In this document: positions 1-11,309 of the stretch, one piece after another
Numbering within the stretch: position 1 is the stretch's first letter
How the letters are laid out: each line of letters opens with the position of its first letter
Source of the DNA: Candidatus Latescibacterota bacterium
GTDB lineage: Bacteria; Latescibacterota; UBA2968; UBA8231
Assembly (NCBI GenBank): GCA_965248265.1
Contig: CBDFJF010000002.1
Coordinates: forward strand, 1,568,001-1,632,000
DNA length: 64,000 nt
Direction: 5' to 3'
Translations under genes and position numbers: made by a program
Notes under the pieces: model-generated
Told to the model about the DNA's origin: nothing
The model's database searches: none
What the model saw: the letters and a program-made list of their open reading frames with translations, nothing else

Positions 1-60
1 CGCCGGTAAAGGTCGAGGTCAGGAAGGAAATGAAGATCAGGTAGAGGGTTTCCATCTACC

Positions 61-2046
61 TTAGAGTCGGTCGATGGCCTCGCGCGCGGCAGCCGTCATT
101 CTCGGGTCGCCGCGCCATTTCTCGATGAACGTCGCGTAGGCTTCCCTTGCAGCGCCCGGCCGGCGGGACTGCTCATGGAGGGTGCCCATAGCGTAATACG
201 CTCTGATGAAGTTGGGATCGATCCGCAAGACTTCCTCATACGAGGTTCGGGCCTCGTCGAATTGCTTCAACTGCAGGTAGGCGCTGCCGAGATTGAAGCG
301 CGCTTCTGTGTGGTCGGGAGCGGCTTCGACGGCTTTGCGGAAGTGCTCGACCGCCTGCTCAACCTCGCCGCCGACAAGAGCCAGGTTACCGAGATTGTGC
401 CAGCCTTGAGCGTAGGAAGGATTGATCTCGACTGTTTTGGCGAACGCCTGCTGCGCTTCCTGCGGTCGCTGGGACAGCCGGTGAATGTTGCCGAGGGTAA
501 GGTAGATCCCCGGTTCATGCGGATTGCGCTGAAGCAGGGTTTCAGCCAGCACTTTGGCTTCATCGAGTTGGCCGCTTTGTGCCAGCAATTGACACAGCTG
601 CAAGCCGGAAGACAAGAGACCAGGATCGATGGACAGCAGTGCCCGGTACTGGATGATCGCATCCGTGGTCTTACCGAGCAGGCGGTAGGTCTGCGCCAAT
701 CCCATGCGTGCCTCGGTGTTTTCCGGACTGCCATACAGTGTGGCCTTGTACCTGGCCACCTCATCGGATAGCTGATTCAGCCGTTGAGCCCTCTGCGTCA
801 GGAGCTCAGCCTCGTTCGTGCCTTCCCGAAGTAGAGCAGCAAGATCGCGCGTGCCCTGCAGATGGGATGGGTCCGTTCGCAGAACCTGGCGCAGCGGCTC
901 GACCGCCTCCTCCTTCCTGCCGGAGCTACGGTAGAGCACACTCAGCTCGTAGTGGGCGTCGATGTCACTGGGCGTGAGTTCGAGCGCGCGCTGCAGCGCG
1001 GCTTCGGCCGGTTCGTACCGTCCAAGCCCGGTGAGAAGACTGCCGATCATGAGATGGGTCGCGGCCTCATCGGTTCTCCCCAACAGGGCTTTCTTCAGCG
1101 TCGCCTCGGCTTCCTCGTTGCGGCCCTGCTCAATGTAGATCTCTGCAAGACTGCGCAGGGCCGGAGTCAGGCGCGGTTCAAACCGCACCGCTTTCTCGAT
1201 CAGAGCTATGGCCTCCACGGGCTTGCCCAGATCCCGCTTTACCGATCCCAGCCGATACAGGGCCAGCGCATAGGTCGAATCGATCTGCAGGGCTTCCTCG
1301 TACTGGTGCGCGGCCTCGTCAAGGCGTAGCATAGCTGTGTAAATTCCGCCCAACCCCACATGAATCGATGCGTCCGGTAGAAGCTTGATGGCCCTGCGGT
1401 AGGACTGAATGGCCTTGTCGAAACTTCCTTCCGTCGCGTAAAGGCTACCCAGGAGTCGATGGCAGGGGGCGAAGCTGCCGTCGAGCTCGACGCAGCGCTC
1501 CATGGCCTCGGCTCCTCGCTCCATGCTGTTCATCTGAATGAGAACCTGACCCAGGTTGTACTGAGACTTGGCCTCGTAAGGAGCGTGCCGCTCGGCCATT
1601 TCAAAGGCGTCGAGGGCCGCTTCGAGGTCACCTAGCTGGTGCGCGATGCGACCGAGATTGCTGCGTGATTCGGCGAGAGTCGAATCCAATCGGAGCGCGG
1701 ATTGAAAGAAGCGTCTGGAGCTTTCCAGGTCGCCACTGTATGCCGCCAGTTGTCCCAGGCCCTGGTAAGACAGGGCATAGGTAGAGTCGATCTGCAGGGC
1801 TCTCAAGTAGCTGGCCTCGGCTTCGTCGAATCTCTGGCTACGCACCAGGGCCACGGCGAGGTTGTGATGGGGCAGATGGTCGGTGGGGTTGGCCTCGATA
1901 TCGGCGGAGTAGCGCGCGACGAGGTCGGCATCGCTCTCCTGCTGCTGGGTATCCTGTGGCTCATCATCGTTGCCGCAGGAAAGCAGCGCGGCCGTGAGAA
2001 CTATCTTGAGAATAGGTGTAGATCGTAGTAGGTACCGAATCTTCAT
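61..2046 (-). CDS. Tetratricopeptide-repeat (TPR) lipoprotein
   Basis: Tandem ~34-aa TPR units over almost the whole length (e.g. AEASYLRALQIDSTYALSYQGLG, ARFNLGSAYLQLKQFDEARTSYEEVLRIDP). The likely start is ATG 2046 (MKIRY...), followed by a hydrophobic stretch and lipobox-like LLSC. Confidence 0.9.
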   Translation of the reverse strand: MKIRYLLRSTPILKIVLTAALLSCGNDDEPQDTQQQESDADLVARYSADIEANPTDHLPHHNLAVALVRSQRFDEAEASYLRALQIDSTYALSYQGLGQLAAYSGDLESSRRFFQSALRLDSTLAESRSNLGRIAHQLGDLEAALDAFEMAERHAPYEAKSQYNLGQVLIQMNSMERGAEAMERCVELDGSFAPCHRLLGSLYATEGSFDKAIQSYRRAIKLLPDASIHVGLGGIYTAMLRLDEAAHQYEEALQIDSTYALALYRLGSVKRDLGKPVEAIALIEKAVRFEPRLTPALRSLAEIYIEQGRNEEAEATLKKALLGRTDEAATHLMIGSLLTGLGRYEPAEAALQRALELTPSDIDAHYELSVLYRSSGRKEEAVEPLRQVLRTDPSHLQGTRDLAALLREGTNEAELLTQRAQRLNQLSDEVARYKATLYGSPENTEARMGLAQTYRLLGKTTDAIIQYRALLSIDPGLLSSGLQLCQLLAQSGQLDEAKVLAETLLQRNPHEPGIYLTLGNIHRLSQRPQEAQQAFAKTVEINPSYAQGWHNLGNLALVGGEVEQAVEHFRKAVEAAPDHTEARFNLGSAYLQLKQFDEARTSYEEVLRIDPNFIRAYYAMGTLHEQSRRPGAAREAYATFIEKWRGDPRMTAAAREAIDRL

Positions 2047-2178
2047 GGGGACTCTTGCAGAGAGAGTGATTGGCGATGAGGTTTGCGCAACAGAAAATAC
2101 CATGTTTCACCGTTGAGTCGAATCCCTACTGAGTTTGATCCTAAACTTGCTGTTGACCAGCAGAGACTGGAGGTCATT

Positions 2179-2541
2179 TTGCCTGACGATGAGTTCTACA
2201 CGCGGCCGATGTTCCACGTTCGAGAGGTCGGTACGAGCATCGCCTACTACTGTGAAAAACTTGGCTTCACCAAGAGCTGGGAATTCAACGTCATCGCACA
2301 GGTGGGTCGCAACGGACTTGACATCATTCTGGATGCGGGCAGCGATATTCCCAGAGCCGCCGTGCCGTCCGTCATCAGCATGTCCGTTGGCGATCTCGAT
2401 GGTTTACACCAGGACCTGGAGAAACGCGGCGCGAAGATAACGGCTCCTCCTTTCGACGTTGACTGGCAAGAAGGCATCCGCCAGTTCGACGTGGAGGATA
2501 TCGACGGAAACATTCTCGTTTTCTGGGGTGACGAAGCGTAG
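2179..2541 (+). CDS. VOC/glyoxalase/bleomycin-resistance family protein
   Basis: SIAYYCEKLGF and WQEGIRQFDVEDIDGNILVF motifs. TTG start at 2179 after GGAGG. Confidence 0.85.
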   Translation: MPDDEFYTRPMFHVREVGTSIAYYCEKLGFTKSWEFNVIAQVGRNGLDIILDAGSDIPRAAVPSVISMSVGDLDGLHQDLEKRGAKITAPPFDVDWQEGIRQFDVEDIDGNILVFWGDEA

Positions 2542-2583
2542 TTCGGGCCTGACAGGTGGAAGCCAAAGTCGATCGGCTGAATC

Positions 2584-3051
2584 ATGGGCAGAGAAATCGA
2601 GAGAAAGTACCTGGTGCAGGACGATCGGGTTCTTCAAGGGTTGGACGGTGTGTATTTCAAGCAGGGGTACATTCAAGGGCGCGAGCGTGTCGCTGCGCGC
2701 ATCCGGATCAAGGACGGCAGGGGATTCATCACACTCAAGGGGGAGGCGAAGGGGATTTCACACAGCGAGTTCGAGTACGAAATTCCCCTGGACGACGCCG
2801 AGGCAATCTTGGAGCAGTTCTGTGAGAAACCGTTTATCGAGAAAACACGATACGAAATTGAGCACGCGGGACTGGTGTGGGAGGTTGATGTCTTTCACGG
2901 CGACAACGAAGGCTTGGTAGTGGCTGAAGTCGAGCTGGAGCGAGAGGATCAGAAGGTGGAGCTGCCGCCGTGGGTGGGGGAGGAAGTAAGCCAGGATGGG
3001 CGCTACTACAACGCCAGTCTGACTGTCAATCCGTACAAGAATTGGGGATAG
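2584..3051 (+). CDS. CYTH-domain protein (triphosphate tunnel metalloenzyme)
   Basis: EIERKYLV (ExExK), RIRIK, EFEYEIP, KTRY, WEVDVF and AEVEL motifs. Confidence 0.92.
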   Translation: MGREIERKYLVQDDRVLQGLDGVYFKQGYIQGRERVAARIRIKDGRGFITLKGEAKGISHSEFEYEIPLDDAEAILEQFCEKPFIEKTRYEIEHAGLVWEVDVFHGDNEGLVVAEVELEREDQKVELPPWVGEEVSQDGRYYNASLTVNPYKNWG

Positions 3052-3076
3052 CAGCTCACTACAACGGTTAGCCTAG

Positions 3077-5446
3077 TTACCGAGCCAACCGGTATCGCAG
3101 CACCAGAAACAGCTCGCGCCCAGGTTGTGGGTGATAAGCAGGGATGAAACCTGAGGGGTTTTGCACCGTGGGCTGCAATTCGTCGACGGGACGCACGCCC
3201 GAACCCGATTGGCGTCCGATTCCCGCGTAGTCTTCGCCGAGCAGGTTGCGGACGATGAGCTGTGGTTCCAGCACAGAATTGCTGCCGAGCAGATCGTGGC
3301 CGGTGAGGGCGAGGTCGACGAGGAAGTGGCCATCCATGAAGCCGTCCGGCGACGCTTCGGTCACGTAGTCGTATCCCATGGCGGCGAGGGTAGCGTCGGT
3401 CTTGGGTTGGAAGTAGAGGTTTGATGCCGGCGCCTTGATCTGTCCTCGCCATCTGGCCCGCAGGTTGGCATTGACATGAGGGTGCTGGTAGTTGAGTCCG
3501 GCGTTCGCCTTGTGGGCGGAGATGTTGTCCAGGTCGTCACCGTCTTCCCCGCGTGTCAGGCTGTAGTTGGCGAAAGCGAAGAGCCGCGGCCCGATCTGGA
3601 AATCACCGGTCAAGCTGAGGCCATGGACGCTGGTCGAGCCGATGTTCTGGTAGTAATCCAAATGCTGCCCGGACGGGCCAATCGGCACCTGCGTTGGATC
3701 CGGGTTGGGTGCTACAACGATGAGATCGGTCAAGCGGCTGTAGAAGAAGCCGCCACGGACCACCGCTCTCTCGCTGAAGTGGTAGGACAACTCGGTTTCT
3801 CCGGTGGCGATCTCTTCGGGCTTGAGCAGCTCGTTGCCACGCCATTCATCGAACTGCTCGAAAACGGTCGGAGCTTTGAAGGCCTCGCCGTAGAGCAGCT
3901 TGAACCCCAAGCCGTGACTCGGATTGCGCACGACGCCGAGTCGCGGGTTGAACACGTGGCCGTACTCGTCATCCCCATCGAAACGCAGTCCGGCCGTGAT
4001 GGTGTGCTCCGGATTCAGCCGATATTCGTACTGTCCGTACAGGGCAGCGTTCTGGGAGAAGAACACTGGTTGCACAGATCGTTGCTCATTCGTCCAGGTC
4101 GATCCGACGATCGTCGAGTTGGCATCCTGGTCTGGTCCCAGAGAGATGCCCCAATGCTCCTTGATCTCCTGCTCGAGCTGCAAACCTACGACGAGGCCAC
4201 TCCGCTCTGACAGGTCGAGGTTGAGCTGCTGCTCCAGGCCGACGACGAAACCCTCACCGTGGTACCCCTTTTTTTTATCCGCCACCTGGGGATCGCTGCC
4301 GTTGTCGACACTCTGGTATTGGTAGGTATAGGTGAAACCGGTTTCGGGCAGAACGCGATCGCTGCGAAAGTAGGTGCGCGAGTGGGACTGAAGATTGTCC
4401 GTCAGCGCGGACTCGTAGGCGGCATAGGCGGCGTAGCCGCGGTGGTGAGCCCGGTAATCGATTCCAGCCGTGTTGGCGAAATACTCGTAACCGACGACCT
4501 CGCTGCCCAGTGCTTCGTCCTGGTCCCAGAAGTTGAAGCCGATGGTGAATCCGTCCTTGGTGACGCGCCCCCGCAGGAAGATATCGTCGATGTCCGTGCC
4601 GAATCCATCGGCTACCTGCAGGCGGCTGCCATCGGTGTTGCGCTCATTGGCGATGTTGCCGAACTCCGTCGTCAGCACCGAGTCCGGCTGGGCATTACCG
4701 TGGAAATAGCGGCCCGGATCCTGCCGTTCATCGCCGCCGTCTCCATCGCTGCGATACCATCTGCCGGCAAGCTGCAGGCTGACGCCGTTATCGAAACGAT
4801 ATCTCGCCATGCCTTCCGGGGACACCGTCCCATGCTGCCCCCCTAAGCCCAGTGCCTCGACGGTGAGCCCGGGAGGGGCCTCTGTTGCACTGCGGGTAAT
4901 GACGTTCACCAGGCCGGCATAGGCATTGGCGCCGTAGAGGGCTGACCCGGGGCCGCCGATGATCTCGATCTTCTCGACATCATTGAGCATGAAGTCGTAA
5001 CCCACGTGCCGGGCCCAGCCGTTGGAGACGTCGTTGATGACGATACCGTCTTCCATGACCAGCATCTTCGTCTGTCCAACGTCACCGACACCGCGATAGA
5101 GAAAGTGCGTCGGGTATTCCCCCGCCGGCTGCCCGGTGGTAAAGTCGAAACCGGGCACATCCTTCAGGGCATCCTCCAGGTTCAGGTACCCGCGCCGCTG
5201 AATCATCTCGCGGGTTATTACGGTGACGCTTGCAGGAGCCTCGGCTACGGTCTGTCCCTTGCGCGCGGGCGTGACGACGGTCATGTCCATCAGCATGTCC
5301 AGGTCCGTACCGAGCAACTCATCCAGCTCGTCGGCCATGGTCTCGCCAACATGCAGCAGACTGGTCATGACCGTGGTGAGGACGGCGCATCCTCTGAGGT
5401 AGCGCCGCGAAACGGTTCTAACTCTAAGCGCTGAATCCTGACTCAC
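3077..5446 (-). CDS. TonB-dependent receptor
   Basis: Plug motifs APASVTVITREMIQRRGY and VEKIEIIGGPGSALYGANAYAGLVNVIT, alternating beta-strand pattern, VRNLL and PGRELFLVLRY near the C-terminus. GGAG RBS before the GTG start. Confidence 0.92.
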   Translation of the reverse strand: MSQDSALRVRTVSRRYLRGCAVLTTVMTSLLHVGETMADELDELLGTDLDMLMDMTVVTPARKGQTVAEAPASVTVITREMIQRRGYLNLEDALKDVPGFDFTTGQPAGEYPTHFLYRGVGDVGQTKMLVMEDGIVINDVSNGWARHVGYDFMLNDVEKIEIIGGPGSALYGANAYAGLVNVITRSATEAPPGLTVEALGLGGQHGTVSPEGMARYRFDNGVSLQLAGRWYRSDGDGGDERQDPGRYFHGNAQPDSVLTTEFGNIANERNTDGSRLQVADGFGTDIDDIFLRGRVTKDGFTIGFNFWDQDEALGSEVVGYEYFANTAGIDYRAHHRGYAAYAAYESALTDNLQSHSRTYFRSDRVLPETGFTYTYQYQSVDNGSDPQVADKKKGYHGEGFVVGLEQQLNLDLSERSGLVVGLQLEQEIKEHWGISLGPDQDANSTIVGSTWTNEQRSVQPVFFSQNAALYGQYEYRLNPEHTITAGLRFDGDDEYGHVFNPRLGVVRNPSHGLGFKLLYGEAFKAPTVFEQFDEWRGNELLKPEEIATGETELSYHFSERAVVRGGFFYSRLTDLIVVAPNPDPTQVPIGPSGQHLDYYQNIGSTSVHGLSLTGDFQIGPRLFAFANYSLTRGEDGDDLDNISAHKANAGLNYQHPHVNANLRARWRGQIKAPASNLYFQPKTDATLAAMGYDYVTEASPDGFMDGHFLVDLALTGHDLLGSNSVLEPQLIVRNLLGEDYAGIGRQSGSGVRPVDELQPTVQNPSGFIPAYHPQPGRELFLVLRYRLAR

Positions 5447-5476
5447 CTGTAACTCCTTCCGATACCGGAAAATCGA

Positions 5477-5660
5477 ATGAAGATCGGCATCATCGGCTGT
5501 GGCAGTATGGCGGCCGGGCTGGCTGGTCTGGCAGACTCGATCGAAGATAAAGCAAAATCACTGGCAACTGAATTGAAAGCACAAGCATACTGCGGAAGCG
5601 GATGTGGTGGATCTTGTTGCGCAGGGGGCCGCCAGCGCGGCCTTCATGTCCGGCTTCCAC
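5477..5660 (+). pseudogene. N-terminal remnant of a Gfo/Idh/MocA-like oxidoreductase
   Basis: MKIGIIGCGSMA Rossmann start and ADSIEDKAKSLATELKAQAY, after which similarity decays. The right boundary is approximate. Confidence 0.6.
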
Positions 5661-5731
5661 CAATCGGGGACAAGGTGGGTCCCGATGTGACCTGTTCCGC
5701 CTATTACCAAAACGCGCATATGGGTCTCCTG

Positions 5732-6634
5732 TCACTCTTTCAATGAGTCGGGTCGGGAGTCCAACGAGTCCGACTCCGGCATGGGCAAGCGCCAGGAGTA
5801 GCGACTCATGAGCTCGTGATCCGAATCCCCGGATTTCCGGCGAGCATAGGCGGTGAGGGGCAGGTAGTAATGGACCTCCGAATTCATCCTGATGAATCCT
5901 TCCCCGTAGGCAACCGTGCCGCCGCCGAGGCTGCCGTCGCTGGTCTCGGTGCGCTTGCGGTTGTAGGCGCCCGCGTAGCCCTGGCTGACCAGACACTCCA
6001 TGGCCGCGAATTTCTTGTCGATGACATCGGTGGTGTCGATGAAAACATCGTTGGTGTACCCTCCACGGGAGTCCCATAGGCCGTCGCGCACCCTAGCCGC
6101 TCCCCCTCCGAAGAAGAACACCTGCGCAGTGCGATGGGGCGGATGGCGGTCACCCGGGTCCACGCTGCCGGCATGCTGTAGGGCATGCAACACAATCTGG
6201 CCGGCCACGGCATGCGCGCGCACGTGCCCGTCCCCCTCGAAGGGGTAATGGGTCAGCACGATATCGGGACGCAACTGGCGTAGCAGGCGGGCCAGTCGGC
6301 TGATGATGTCCCGCTCCACCAGCAGGATGCCATCATCCACACCCATGAAGTGAACATCCTCCACGCCCAGGATCTTGCACGCGGTCACGATCTCCTGAGC
6401 TTTCACGTCGGAACGGTCACCCATCAACTGTTCCAGCTCTTCGGCGTCCGGGATCTCCTCGCGGTGGTACATCGCGTCGCTGATGACGGCGTCGTGGACA
6501 CGTGCCCCGTGGGTGAGCGAGATGCAGGCAACATAATCGCCGCGAGCCGTGTGGTGTGCCATGGTACCCCCGCTCTGATCGAACACGTCGGCCGGATGGG
6601 CGCCAATGGAGACGATGCGCAAAGGTTCGGACAT
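5732..6634 (-). CDS. PIG-L/LmbE family protein, GalB (4-oxalomesaconate hydratase)-like variant
   Basis: GAHPADVFDQSGG (H-x-A-D instead of H-P-D-D), SLTHG, LRPDIVLTH, DTTDVIDKKFAAMECLVSQ, YGEGF. Confidence 0.8.
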   Translation of the reverse strand: MSEPLRIVSIGAHPADVFDQSGGTMAHHTARGDYVACISLTHGARVHDAVISDAMYHREEIPDAEELEQLMGDRSDVKAQEIVTACKILGVEDVHFMGVDDGILLVERDIISRLARLLRQLRPDIVLTHYPFEGDGHVRAHAVAGQIVLHALQHAGSVDPGDRHPPHRTAQVFFFGGGAARVRDGLWDSRGGYTNDVFIDTTDVIDKKFAAMECLVSQGYAGAYNRKRTETSDGSLGGGTVAYGEGFIRMNSEVHYYLPLTAYARRKSGDSDHELMSRYSWRLPMPESDSLDSRPDSLKE

Positions 6635-6800
6635 GAGTATTCTCCTCTCTTGGGAACGAAAAGGGCCCGTTTCGATATTCTGTCAAGGCGCTAAGGTCGA
6701 TCTACGGCCAGTGTTTCCATGGCAGGGCGGTCGGTCACGAACAGCTGGTTCTGTCGCTGGACATCGGCGAGGTGGTCGAAGGTCTTGTAGGTGAAACTCG

Positions 6801-8594
<1,794 letters not shown>

Positions 8595-9020
8595 GGTGGA
8601 ATTCGGCTTGGTGATGCGGTGGAGGGTTCCGACTATGGCGGCGCTAACAGTATAAGGTGTATGGAAGGACAGGTCATTGAAGCGATCACTCCTCATGGTC
8701 CCGGGATTCTGTAGATCTTGCCGTGCAGGGTTGGGCGAAAATCCGAGCCCCGGATCATTCAAAACGCGGCGATGTACAGGGTGCCGTCGGGGCCAAAGGC
8801 CACATCCAGAGGATGTTCGTGAACACAGGGTTTGTGACCGATGCCGAACGGCGTGGTCTCTGGTCCGACGCACGGGAATTCGATGAAGTAAGCGAATTTC
8901 CCATGGTGGTGAGCTTACGGAAATCCGACCAACACGTCAGGTGATCGGCCGGTTGCGGCACAGGTGGCAATACACCATCATTGCAGCTGTCGTGAAGAAC
9001 GTATCGGCTCAGGCGAAAGA

Positions 9021-10295
9021 ATGGATCAGGCGATGAACAAAGCGCAATGGAAAAAGACGGCGTTACGGGAAATCGAAGAAAGAATCGGTGAGTTTGAAAA
9101 ATTTCTGGGTGATGTAATCCGCATTCCCACAGACAATCCTCCCGGTGACACGACCGAATGTGTCAGGTTTCTCGCCGATCATTTAAAATCCTGCGGCCTG
9201 CCAACCGATATTTACGAACCAAAAGAAGGAAGACCGAACCTGGTATCGTATCTAGCCGGGGGATCGGGGAAACCCAACCTCGTTCTCAATGGTCACATCG
9301 ATCAATTTCCCGTGAATGACAAAGAGCTGTGGTCTTTCGATCCCTATTCAGGTGAATGCAGAGATGGCAAGATTCTCGGCCGTGGATCGGGGGACATGAA
9401 AGCGGGTTCCGTGGCTTCACTGTTATGCCTCCAGCTCTTCCGTGAGTTGAACATACCCCTTGAAGGGCAGCTTACTCTGACACTGGTGTCCGATGAAGAA
9501 TCGGGAAGCAGATGGGGCAGCCGCTGGCTAATAGAAAATGTTCCAATGACCAGGGGTGACAGCTGCCTGAACAGTGAGCCTACGCGCATGACAGAGGTAC
9601 TGATCGGTCACAAGGGGATGTTCTGGCTTCGGGTCACAATCAACGGACCGGGAGGACATGCAGCCCTCCCATCGGAGGAAAACGCTGTCGCCATGGCAAT
9701 GAAGATCGCTCAAGCCGTCACGGCGATACAAGGCTGGAAACTTCCCCCTCCCGCTGAATTGGCTGAGACGATAAAGCTTTCCAAATCATTGACAGAAACT
9801 GGACCTCAGACAACGGGACAAGGCTGGGTGGTAGATTCCACGACTGTAAGCATAGGATCGATCAAAGGGGGTGTACAAGCCAACACGATACCGCCGTACT
9901 GCGAAATGGAAATTGATCTGCGACCTCCCATAGGTATCACGGGAGCGGAATTGAAGGCCAAGGTGGAAGAGGTTATTGAGAGTACGGATCTCAACACGGA
10001 CCTCATAACAACAGAATGGTATTTGGATTTCGAGCCGGCCTACTCTTCACCCGAAGATAGGATCGTCACACTTACCCGGGATAACGCTGAGATAATCACT
10101 AAAGAAAAGGTCGATATCACCACGAGTTATGGTTCGACCGACACTCGTTTCTGGTGGGCAGAGGGAATCCCGGCGGCTGTTTACGGAACGGATCTTTTCA
10201 ATATCGGAGAGGCAGACGAATGCATTCTCCAGAAGGATTTCGAAAACTGCATCAAGGTGCATATGGCTACTGCGATCGACTACCTTTGCTCCTGA
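9021..10295 (+). CDS. M20 family metallopeptidase/deacylase (ArgE/DapE-like)
   Basis: NGHID, GRGSGDMKAG, SDEESG, SEPT, GGHAA, GSTD motifs. Visibly more AT-rich than the flanks. Start could be 9021 or 9033. Confidence 0.9.
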   Translation: MDQAMNKAQWKKTALREIEERIGEFEKFLGDVIRIPTDNPPGDTTECVRFLADHLKSCGLPTDIYEPKEGRPNLVSYLAGGSGKPNLVLNGHIDQFPVNDKELWSFDPYSGECRDGKILGRGSGDMKAGSVASLLCLQLFRELNIPLEGQLTLTLVSDEESGSRWGSRWLIENVPMTRGDSCLNSEPTRMTEVLIGHKGMFWLRVTINGPGGHAALPSEENAVAMAMKIAQAVTAIQGWKLPPPAELAETIKLSKSLTETGPQTTGQGWVVDSTTVSIGSIKGGVQANTIPPYCEMEIDLRPPIGITGAELKAKVEEVIESTDLNTDLITTEWYLDFEPAYSSPEDRIVTLTRDNAEIITKEKVDITTSYGSTDTRFWWAEGIPAAVYGTDLFNIGEADECILQKDFENCIKVHMATAIDYLCS

Positions 10296-10317
10296 TAGCA
10301 ACACTCGGAGGCTACCC

Positions 10318-11241
10318 ATGGAAATGCGCTATCCGCAGGCCTTGTTGGTGAGTTGCGAGTGTCCCTGGGACGACAACGAGGAACTGCTGGAGGACGTGTT
10401 CCGGACTGAGGTTCGCGCTACTCTGGCCAAAGGTTTCAATCACCTGTATGTCTTCGGCACGGCAGGGGAGGGGTACGCCGTTACCCTGTCACAGTTCAAA
10501 CAGATCGTCGAGGTGTTCTGGGAGGAAGTCGACAAGCCCGACACCTTTCCGATGGTCGGCATCATCGGCATGTCGACAGGACAGTTCGTCGAGCGCATCA
10601 CCTTCGCCCGCGATCGGGGATTCCGCACCTTCCAGGTCGCCCTGCCGCCGTGGGGCATTCTGGATGACGACGAGTACATGACCTTTTTCAAGGATGTGTG
10701 CGGCAGTTTTCCCGATTGCCGTTTCATTCACTACAACCTGCCCCGAGCTCGCCGCCTGCTCAGGGGCGAGGACTATCGGCGACTGGCTGACGCTATCCCC
10801 AATATCGCCGGTACGAAGAACTGTCGCACGGACATCGACGACGTGGTGAACATCGCCACCTGCGCGCCGGAGCTGCAGCATTTCTACGGCGAAACCGGAT
10901 TTCCCATCGGGTGCCTCTACGGCGAGTGTTCCCTGCTGAGCTCCTACGGCGCTCTCTTTCCGAGCAAGACCAAAGAGTTCTTTCAGTACGGTGTCGACAA
11001 GAACTGGGACAAGCTGTTTCCGATGATGGCCAAGTACAACGAGGTGATGATTGCCTTCGACGAACCGACTCTGGCACGGGAGGGCATCGATGGTTGCTAC
11101 GACAAAATGATCGTGCGCGGCAGCGGCGTCGACATGCCACTACGCATGCTCTCACCCTACCAATGCTTCGACATGGAGGTGTACGAAGCTGTTATGCGAA
11201 ACATGCGTGAGCGCTATCCAGATTGGCTCGACGCGCAATAA
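10318..11241 (+). CDS. Dihydrodipicolinate synthase/N-acetylneuraminate lyase family aldolase
   Basis: FGTAGEGY, HYNLPR and GTKN (Schiff-base Lys). GGAGG RBS before ATG 10318. Confidence 0.85.
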   Translation: MEMRYPQALLVSCECPWDDNEELLEDVFRTEVRATLAKGFNHLYVFGTAGEGYAVTLSQFKQIVEVFWEEVDKPDTFPMVGIIGMSTGQFVERITFARDRGFRTFQVALPPWGILDDDEYMTFFKDVCGSFPDCRFIHYNLPRARRLLRGEDYRRLADAIPNIAGTKNCRTDIDDVVNIATCAPELQHFYGETGFPIGCLYGECSLLSSYGALFPSKTKEFFQYGVDKNWDKLFPMMAKYNEVMIAFDEPTLAREGIDGCYDKMIVRGSGVDMPLRMLSPYQCFDMEVYEAVMRNMRERYPDWLDAQ

Positions 11242-11309
11242 CAGGCCGCTGCGTCATGCCGTCCTGGATGGCCAGGTTGGCACGCCTACCTGGACAAAGC
11301 GATTGCAGA

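Noticed and set aside
175-2028. Long plus-strand ORFs opposite the TPR gene, and similar antisense ORFs elsewhere (e.g. 13641-15194, 16294-17241, 42321-43532, 52157-53113)
   Set aside because: Shadow ORFs expected in GC-rich coding DNA. They have no motifs and fully overlap well-supported genes.
6691-6800. Minus-strand frame FTYKTFDHLADVQRQNQLFVTDRPAMETLAVDRP-stop after uup as a gene
   Set aside because: No start codon or RBS and the family is unrecognised. Counted only as a possible remnant.
8600-8960. Short ORF 8723-8944 (…AERRGLWSDAREFD…) as a peptidase remnant
   Set aside because: The similarity is too short and vague to support without a search.
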